From Sedimentisphaerales bacterium (GTDB lineage Bacteria; Planctomycetota; Phycisphaerae; Sedimentisphaerales; Anaerobacaceae), in assembly GCA_040772485.1 (NCBI GenBank), contig JAXGYC010000008.1:416001-480000 (forward strand): DNA of 64,000 bases, in the 5' to 3' direction. Position numbers and translations under genes: made by a program. Under the pieces are notes generated by a model. That model did no database searches and was not told the DNA's origin. It was given only the letters and a program-made list of their open reading frames with translations. How positions within the stretch are numbered: the first letter of the stretch is position 1; the number at the start of each line of letters is the position of its first letter. Positions 57,490-64,000 of this stretch are shown in pieces.

Positions 57490-58873
57490 CCCGGATTTCC
57501 CAGATGATCCGTTCAATTCTATGTAGCGCCATCCGCGTTCAGGCCGTAGAATAGGGTCGATTCTCACACTCCATCAGTGAATGAGGGGAACACCCTATGG
57601 GTGAGACACGTCAGGAGGCTTTGCGGGTCGGTTTTGACCCTGTGATCAAGTTGGAATTCCATGGGGCACAGGTCAGCTCGGATGCCGGTCTCTTCTCCTT
57701 TCGTGATCTCGACGAGGCGGCTCAATTGACCGAGTCTGGTGCCGCTGAACTATTCGACTTTCGCACCGGCAGCAATATCCGCCATGCGATGACGGCCCTG
57801 CTGCGTCAGTCCATCTACAGCCGCTTGGCCGGATATGAGGACGTGAATGATGCCGAACGGCTGAGGGCCGATCCGGTCATGCGTCACGTCGTCGGAGGGC
57901 GGGCCGTGGATCGGGACGCTGCCTCCACCAGCCAAGTGGCCCGCTTTGAGACCGACGTGCTGTGCCACCCGGACAACCTCGATGCGCTTATGGCCATGTC
58001 CGGTCAATGGGTGGACCGGATTCGCCAGCGCCGACCCACGGACAAGCTGATCCTCGACATGGACAGTTCGGTCAGCCCGACGTACGGCCAGCAGGAAGGC
58101 ACGGCCTACAACGGCCATTTCGGGTGCGCTACCACCCCCTGTTCCTGTTCAACCAAGATGGCGACCGGGAGCGAGCGCTGCTGCGCAGTGGGAATGTCGC
58201 CAGTGCCGACGACTGGATAGCGGTGCTGGAGCCAGTGATTGCCCGCTACCGCAACCTGGGCAGCCCCAAATCCGTGGTCAATTTCTACAACCAGCGTAGG
58301 ACCGCCGAGCCGTGGATCAAAGAAGGCAAATACGCCGTGCGCTGGACCCGCCTGTCCTGTCACAGCTTCGAGGCCAACCAGGTTCGCCTGCAACTGCACG
58401 TCCTGGCCTACAACCTCGGCAACTTCCTCAGGCGATTGGCCCTGCCGCCAGCCGTGAAGCACTGGACTCTCACAACGCTACGAGACAAGCTGGTCAAGAT
58501 CGGCTGCAAGATCGTGTACCACGCTCGATATGTGACGTTCCAGTTGGCGGAAGTCGCGGTGCCGGGTCGCCTGTACCGAGCGATTCTGGATCGGATTCGA
58601 CGGTTCGCCGCTATCTCGCCGAGGGCTGCACCAATATGACCGGGCGCGGGAGGACACAACCTGACAAAGGGGGAAGGGGCGCCGCTGGGACTGTCACCAA
58701 TCCGGGGACAAACCGCCTATCCGGGCACTCTGAATGCCGGTTTTGTTTCCATTCTCCGTCCGTTGTCAGGCAATCGAGCATTCTGAACTTGCATTCTCCA
58801 GGGGAAAGGTGGCATAACGGTAGGTTAGGAAGTTGGTGTCGTTGTTGGGCAAAGCTCATATGGAAAATGTCGG
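57490..58873 (+). mobile_element. IS1380-family element, degenerate
   Basis: Imperfect terminal inverted repeats CCCGGATTTCCCAGATGA / TCATATGGAAAATGTCGG (13 of 18 match) enclose the transposase remnant. Confidence 0.85.
57597..58639 (+). pseudogene. IS1380 transposase, frameshifted and internally deleted
   Basis: SSDAGL, GYEDVNDA, LDMDSSVSPTYGQQEG and YNGHFGC, then a frameshift to YHPLF. The central region between YRNLG and VVNFYNQR is missing. WIKEGK and LAYNLGN follow. Confidence 0.9.
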
Positions 58874-59019
58874 ATGAAAGAAAGACCCGACCAGTTCCGC
58901 CTCGATCCCGCGAAGCCGTGAAGACAGATAGAAGCAGGCACACGCCCCCTGTTGTCCGAAGCGGGTGCGTTGGGCGCGGCAGCCCTTCAGTTTTCAATCG
59001 CCATCAAGGGAGGTGACAT

Positions 59020-59892
59020 ATGAACAGAATCGTCGCTGTGATGTTCGGTTTGGTTTTGGCGGCTCCCTTGGGTGCAGAAGACCAGCACGGCTGCGTCCCT
59101 TTGCGTCCTCTGGAACCGTTTGAAGCCAAGGACCAGCCCACTCCCTGTGTTGTCGGGGACCGGACATGGCACACACCGTGGGGCTATGATAAGCCTGAGA
59201 ACTCCGAGCGCATGTACCCTCTCGTCGTCTTCGGACGTCATAACGAAGCCAGCGAGTTTTTCACGATCGACATACGGAAACGCTATCCGGCCTTCTACGT
59301 GTCCTACATCGAGAGCAGCGAAGAGGCCGGCGCCGCCTTGTCCGACCTCATCGACGTCTGCATGAAGGACCACCATTTTCGCATCGACACGCGACGCATT
59401 TACCTGACAGGATGGTCAGCCGGCGGTTCAGGCTCTTTCAAACTGGTCAGAGGATTTCTCAGCAAGGGCAAGTATTTCGCCGCAATCAACAGAATCGCAG
59501 GACAATCCGAGAGCATTCTCGCAGAACAGGCCGTTGAGAAGACGGCGATCTGGGTGCACATCGGACTCCTTGATACGCCTCTTCGCGTGCAGGTGTCACG
59601 GGACCTGTATGCCCATCTCAAGGATCATCCCAGCAACGCCTCAGCCGTGGAGACGACCGTCAACGACACGATCCGACATGGGGACGTTGACGTAGCCCGC
59701 CATACCAGGATTCTGACAAAGAATGGGGTGGAGATTGTCCGCTATACGGAATACCCCACGGAACCTCATGCGGCCTTGGCAGGTTACTCGGATCCCTACT
59801 TGTACGAATGGCTCTTTGCGCGGGCAATCTGTCCGGAGAAACATCCCTCCGATAGCAAAGAAACCTCGTCAAAAGGATCAGAGGTGAAGTAA
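59020..59892 (+). CDS. Secreted alpha/beta-hydrolase (predicted peptidase/esterase)
   Basis: GGAGG SD, signal peptide, YPLVVF, IDTRRIYLTGWSAGG nucleophile elbow, YTEYP...H...LYEWLF. Confidence 0.85.
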   Translation: MNRIVAVMFGLVLAAPLGAEDQHGCVPLRPLEPFEAKDQPTPCVVGDRTWHTPWGYDKPENSERMYPLVVFGRHNEASEFFTIDIRKRYPAFYVSYIESSEEAGAALSDLIDVCMKDHHFRIDTRRIYLTGWSAGGSGSFKLVRGFLSKGKYFAAINRIAGQSESILAEQAVEKTAIWVHIGLLDTPLRVQVSRDLYAHLKDHPSNASAVETTVNDTIRHGDVDVARHTRILTKNGVEIVRYTEYPTEPHAALAGYSDPYLYEWLFARAICPEKHPSDSKETSSKGSEVK

Positions 59893-60050
59893 AGGCTATT
59901 ATTTATCTTTGCAGCGGACGGCTACACCACTCGCCCCAAAATAGCCATCATCATCGATGCCGGAAGACCCCAGAATTACTGCACTGGCTCCCAACGGCGC
60001 ACATTTCGTCCTTAAGGAGTTGTGCATCTTTGCAGTTGCCTTTGTTGACC

Positions 60051-60224
60051 ATTTCTGGGCCCATCGAAGGTGGGCGAGACCACCAGCAGATCAATGTCGC
60101 TCCACCAGCCCGGATGACCGGAGGCATGGGAGCCAAAGATCACACCCATGCCCGGCAGGATGCCCTGCCCAGCGATATTCCGCAGATACTGGCGGACAAC
60201 TTCAACAACGGCCGCGTCAACCAT
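60051..60224 (-). pseudogene. N-terminal half of a split nucleotidyltransferase (MNT)
   Basis: GGAGG SD and the Pol-beta NTase motif IFGSHASG...WSDIDLLVVSPTFD. Confidence 0.8.
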
Positions 60225-60284
60225 GCCCAAGCCTCCCGAGATCGCGTCCAAGCGCCGTGGCTAACAAGCTGCGCGTCCCACAGA

Positions 60285-61052
60285 TCATTCGTCGGCGAAA
60301 AACAGGCGGCGAGCGGCGGTCAGACCGCACTTCTGGTATTTGTGGTAGGCGCGGGCGGCGCGGTCCGCGATCTGTGCGGCGGATTCCTGCGAGAGCCAGC
60401 CGGCGACGGCCGCATCGAGCGTGTACGCCTCGGGAGCCATGAAGCCCGTGGTCACCAGGATCGAGCGGCACTGAAGCTGCCCCAGACGTGGCTGGAAATA
60501 GGTCTTGCTCTTGCACGCCAGGACGATGGCCTGCCTTAGCCCTGCGTTGGGCTCGCGCTGCGGCTGGGTGACGTTGAAGTCCATCAGGCCGTTGTGCCCG
60601 ACGTAGACGACGAGGTCCGCGGCACCGTGGAGGCCGAGCACATCGGCTCCCTGACGCAGCGTCGCCGCATTTCTCCCGGCGGCCGCGTCCAGGAAATCCC
60701 GGACGGCCTTCTTGATCTCACGGCCCCGATAGGCATCGGCCACAAGATAGGCATCCGACGACGCATGTCTGAAGACGACCCGCTCGAGGATCGTCTCGGT
60801 CGGCTTCTTCTCGGTCGCGACAAGCGTCCAGTTGCTGCTGCGCTTCAGGAACGATTTCGTGCCGTACATCGCGCCCCAGTACAGGTTGTTCGCCGGATCG
60901 TCTCCATTGCCCAGCGCCTTCGGCACGGGCACAATCCCCTGATGCTCGTTGTCGCACAAAGCCACGAAGACATGGATGGTTCGGGCCTTGCCCTGCGCCG
61001 GCACACTGGCGAGAAGCAGCCAGCCAAGCACCACGTACGCCGCGACTCTCAT
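60285..61052 (-). CDS. Secreted hypothetical protein
   Basis: Signal peptide, HVFVALCDN, NLYWGA, YVGHNGLMD, MAPEAY. No function assigned. Confidence 0.85.
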   Translation of the reverse strand: MRVAAYVVLGWLLLASVPAQGKARTIHVFVALCDNEHQGIVPVPKALGNGDDPANNLYWGAMYGTKSFLKRSSNWTLVATEKKPTETILERVVFRHASSDAYLVADAYRGREIKKAVRDFLDAAAGRNAATLRQGADVLGLHGAADLVVYVGHNGLMDFNVTQPQREPNAGLRQAIVLACKSKTYFQPRLGQLQCRSILVTTGFMAPEAYTLDAAVAGWLSQESAAQIADRAARAYHKYQKCGLTAARRLFFADE

Positions 61053-61150
61053 ATCGGCCTCCGAACAGCTCCCAAGCCCCCATTGGCTGTATCGGCAACT
61101 CGCAGATTCCATCGCCAGCCAATCCTGCTCGTCGCCTCTCGGCAAGCGTT

Positions 61151-62197
61151 TCACAGGGTCTTGTCGACGATGTATTGGGCGCTGAGGAAGACGTCGATGG
61201 CGATGACGGCGTAGAGGATGAGCCATCGCAGCCGCGGCAGGCGCAGCTTCTGGCGCGTCATCGTGAAGATGACCACCACGGCGATCGCGGCGACCAGGTA
61301 CATCTTGGCCGCCTCGACGAACAGGCGTGCGTAGCCGTCTCCCAGACCGAACATGGTCTGGAAATACTGAGCCGCCAGCAGCAGCGTCGTGATCGCCAGG
61401 ACGCCGGGAACGATGGCCGCGCCCAGGACCCACTTGCCGTCCGAGTAACTCGCTTCGATCAAGCCCTGCAGCCCGACGCCCGCCTGGACGGCCAGACACA
61501 CCAGCGGGATACTCAGCCAGAGGGTCGGGCTGATCCCCAGCCACGCGACCTGGGCGGGCGCCAGAAACGACCGGCTGAAGGCCAGGGCGAAACCACAGAC
61601 CAGGATCAGCAGGATCCCATATCGGCGGGCGCGGAACATCATCGCCAGACCGAGAACCAGGGCCGCGACAGGAGCGTGATACAGGCCGGGAAGTGCGGTT
61701 GTGCGAGTGACCATCACCAGCGGCGCGACGAAGCCGAACAGATCGGCCGGCCTCGGCGCGGCCTGCACAGGCGCGGCGAACAGGCGGTAGTCTTCCCCCG
61801 CGCCGATGCGGAAGAACAACACCACCGCGAGAAATGGCAACAGCGATAGCAGGGCTGTCACCGCGCCGCCACGTTTGCGACCCAGGTAAGCGGCCGGCAT
61901 GAACAGCCAGGGGATGCCTGCGGCCAGAAGGACCGCCGTCTCATGGAACCGCGCCAGAGACAGCACGAACGGCCCGAAGCCATAGACCAGTCCTGCCAGG
62001 AACGACCCCGAGAAGCCGACCACCCACCGCCGGCTCAGCAAGAAGCAGCCGACCGCCGCCACGCACACGCCGATGGGCAGCAGCCACTGTTCCGGCACGA
62101 ACCCGCTGCAATGCGGACGATACAGATAAACCGCGAACACGACGTAGACGATCGCGGCAACCGCCGGCCAGATCAGGTTCTGCTCGCGCCGTGACAT
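61151..62197 (-). CDS. Polytopic membrane hypothetical protein
   Basis: About 10 hydrophobic segments. The LAGLVYGFGP segment is reminiscent of YfhO/GT-C-like proteins (weak). Confidence 0.75.
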   Translation of the reverse strand: MSRREQNLIWPAVAAIVYVVFAVYLYRPHCSGFVPEQWLLPIGVCVAAVGCFLLSRRWVVGFSGSFLAGLVYGFGPFVLSLARFHETAVLLAAGIPWLFMPAAYLGRKRGGAVTALLSLLPFLAVVLFFRIGAGEDYRLFAAPVQAAPRPADLFGFVAPLVMVTRTTALPGLYHAPVAALVLGLAMMFRARRYGILLILVCGFALAFSRSFLAPAQVAWLGISPTLWLSIPLVCLAVQAGVGLQGLIEASYSDGKWVLGAAIVPGVLAITTLLLAAQYFQTMFGLGDGYARLFVEAAKMYLVAAIAVVVIFTMTRQKLRLPRLRWLILYAVIAIDVFLSAQYIVDKTL

Positions 62198-62317
62198 GGT
62201 CAGCGTTTCGCCTCCGCCGGGGCGCCGGCCGTTCTCAAGGCATGACCACCCATGTCCCGGACACTGCGGCAAACGTCAAGAGTGAGAGTCGCTTGTCTCT
62301 TCAAGGCATCGCGCCTG

Positions 62318-63388
62318 TCAGTTCTTCAGAACGACCTTTCCGCTCCCGGCGGTGACGGTCCCGATCCGGTTGACCTTCTCTCCCCATCGCTGGAGACTTC
62401 TGGCGATCGAGTCGGCGAAATCGGCCGCGACGATCAGCACGTAACCGATCCCCATGTTGAAGACGCGGAACATCTCCGCTTCCTCAACCGGCCCGGTCTT
62501 CTGCAGGAACGGGAAGATCTTCGGCCTCGGCCAGCTCGACCTCCTGATCACCGCGTTGCAGTCCTTCGGCAGGACGCGCGGGACGTTGCCGACGAGGCCG
62601 CCGCCGGTGATGTGGGCCATCGCGTGCACGACGCGCTTAACTCTGTACTTCGTCAGCAGTTTGACGATCGGCTGGACGTAGATCCGCGTCGGCGTCAACA
62701 GGGCTTCGCCCAGGGTGGTGCCGTCGAGTTCGTCGAGGACATCGGTCATCTTCAGGCGCGCCTGCTTGAAGCAGATCTGGCGCGCGAGGGCATAGCCGTT
62801 GCTGTGCAGGCCGCTGGAGCGCAGCCCCAGGATCACGTCGCCCGGCCGCACATGGGTGCCGGTGATGGTCTTATCCCGCTCAACCACGCCCACCGCAAAG
62901 CCGGCCAGATCGAAATCGCCCTTGCGATAGGTGTCGGGCATCTCGGCGGTCTCGCCGCCCAGCAGGGCGCAATCCGCCATGCGGCAGCCGGCGGCGATCC
63001 CCTTGACCAGCTCGGCCACCAGCGCCGGCTCCAGCGTGTGCAGCGCCACGTAATCGAGGAAGAACAGCGGCTCGGCCCCGAGCACGAGCATGTCGTTGAC
63101 GCTCATCGCCACCAGGTCGATGCCGACCGTGTCGAACTTCCTGGCCTTGGCCGCCAGTTGCACCTTGCTGCCGACGCCGTCGGTGCAGGCGACCAGCACC
63201 GGGTTCTTGTAGTTCTTCTTGAAGAGCTTCTCGTCGTAGTCCAGACGAAACAGCCCGGCAAACCCGCCCGGCAAGTTGATCACTCTCGGTCCGAACGTGC
63301 TGGCCAGGCTGGACTGAATCCGCTCGACCATCTCGTCGTTGGCGTCGATATTCACGCCCGCCTGCTGGTAGCTCACGTATTTACTCAT
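62318..63388 (-). CDS. purM: Phosphoribosylformylglycinamidine cyclo-ligase
   Basis: SYQQAGVNID, TDGVGSK, GGETAEMP, GLHSNGY, HITGGG, FNMGIG. Confidence 0.98.
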   Translation of the reverse strand: MSKYVSYQQAGVNIDANDEMVERIQSSLASTFGPRVINLPGGFAGLFRLDYDEKLFKKNYKNPVLVACTDGVGSKVQLAAKARKFDTVGIDLVAMSVNDMLVLGAEPLFFLDYVALHTLEPALVAELVKGIAAGCRMADCALLGGETAEMPDTYRKGDFDLAGFAVGVVERDKTITGTHVRPGDVILGLRSSGLHSNGYALARQICFKQARLKMTDVLDELDGTTLGEALLTPTRIYVQPIVKLLTKYRVKRVVHAMAHITGGGLVGNVPRVLPKDCNAVIRRSSWPRPKIFPFLQKTGPVEEAEMFRVFNMGIGYVLIVAADFADSIARSLQRWGEKVNRIGTVTAGSGKVVLKN

Positions 63389-64000
63389 GGGTAGCGGAAA
63401 AGCCCTCGAACATCGTCATCTGATAATGTTCCATCGTGAACTTATTCAAGGCGATGTCGATCGGAATCCGGTACTTTCCGCTCCAGCAGGCCGTGCAATA
63501 GTGATCCGCCGGCAGAGCCGCACACGAGAGCATCCCCTCCAGGGACAGGTATCCGACGCTGTCGACTTCGAGGAACTTCCTGATCTCGTCCAGATCCCGG
63601 TTGTTCGCCAGGAGTTCTTCTTTCGTGGGAAAATCGATGCCGTAGTAGCAGGGATGGCGGATGGGCGGGCAACTGACCCGCATGTGGATCTCGGTCGCGC
63701 CCGCCTCGCGCAGCGTCCGGATCTTGCCGCGCGTCGTGGTGCCGCGCACGATCGAATCGTCCACGACCACCACCCGTTTGCCCGCGACGACTTCCTTGAT
63801 GACTGCCAGTTTCAGACGCACCTCCACCTCGCGCATCTTCTGCTCGGGCGAGATGAAGGTGCGACCGATGTAGTGGCTGCGGACGAAGCCCATATCGAAC
63901 GGGATGCCGCTCTGCTCGGCATAGCCGATCGCCGCGGAGGTGCCGGAATCGGGCACCGGGATCACCACGTCAGCCTCGACGGCATGTTCCCTGGCCAGTT
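63381..64000 (-). CDS. purF: Amidophosphoribosyltransferase (C-terminal part)
   Basis: PVPDSG, GRTFI, VDDSIVRGTT, PCYYGID, CTACWSG. Overlaps the purM start. Confidence 0.97.
   Translation of the reverse strand, partial: LAREHAVEADVVIPVPDSGTSAAIGYAEQSGIPFDMGFVRSHYIGRTFISPEQKMREVEVRLKLAVIKEVVAGKRVVVVDDSIVRGTTTRGKIRTLREAGATEIHMRVSCPPIRHPCYYGIDFPTKEELLANNRDLDEIRKFLEVDSVGYLSLEGMLSCAALPADHYCTACWSGKYRIPIDIALNKFTMEHYQMTMFEGFSATHE

Overview
This GC-rich bacterial window looks like a Planctomycetota / Phycisphaerae (Sedimentisphaerales-like) genome. That is inferred from the LamG-discoidin proteins, ECF/anti-sigma pairs, PQQ-like propeller, IPAPGA-type PEP-CTERM tail and heptamer repeats. Gene order, left part: TetR-TolC-MFP-RND efflux operon; tRNA-Ser(CGA); SGNH-like protein; Na+/Pi cotransporter; two unknown exported genes; a Wzx/Wzy polysaccharide cluster with glf; a convergent GT-C-type membrane protein carrying a nested Ig/DUF5648-like insert; a Tat-exported DUF362 protein. 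Middle: a peptide-utilisation locus (tricorn S41, M2/M3, OPT, M20, divergent POT); an ECF/anti-sigma operon whose sensor domain is duplicated as a free secreted protein; several secreted proteins; a second ECF/ZAS anti-sigma pair; a HisKA_3 hybrid kinase. Right part: mcsA-mcsB, coaD, DUF503; an accessory islet where a nucleotidyltransferase gene is split by an IS1380 remnant plus a hydrolase gene; purM and partial purF. Intergenic DNA holds layered small repeats: three GTAG-type REP doublets (two invaded by other short elements), heptamer inverted arrays and an 88-bp element in two copies. It also holds two candidate structured RNAs. All family assignments come from recognising motifs by eye; no database searches were run.
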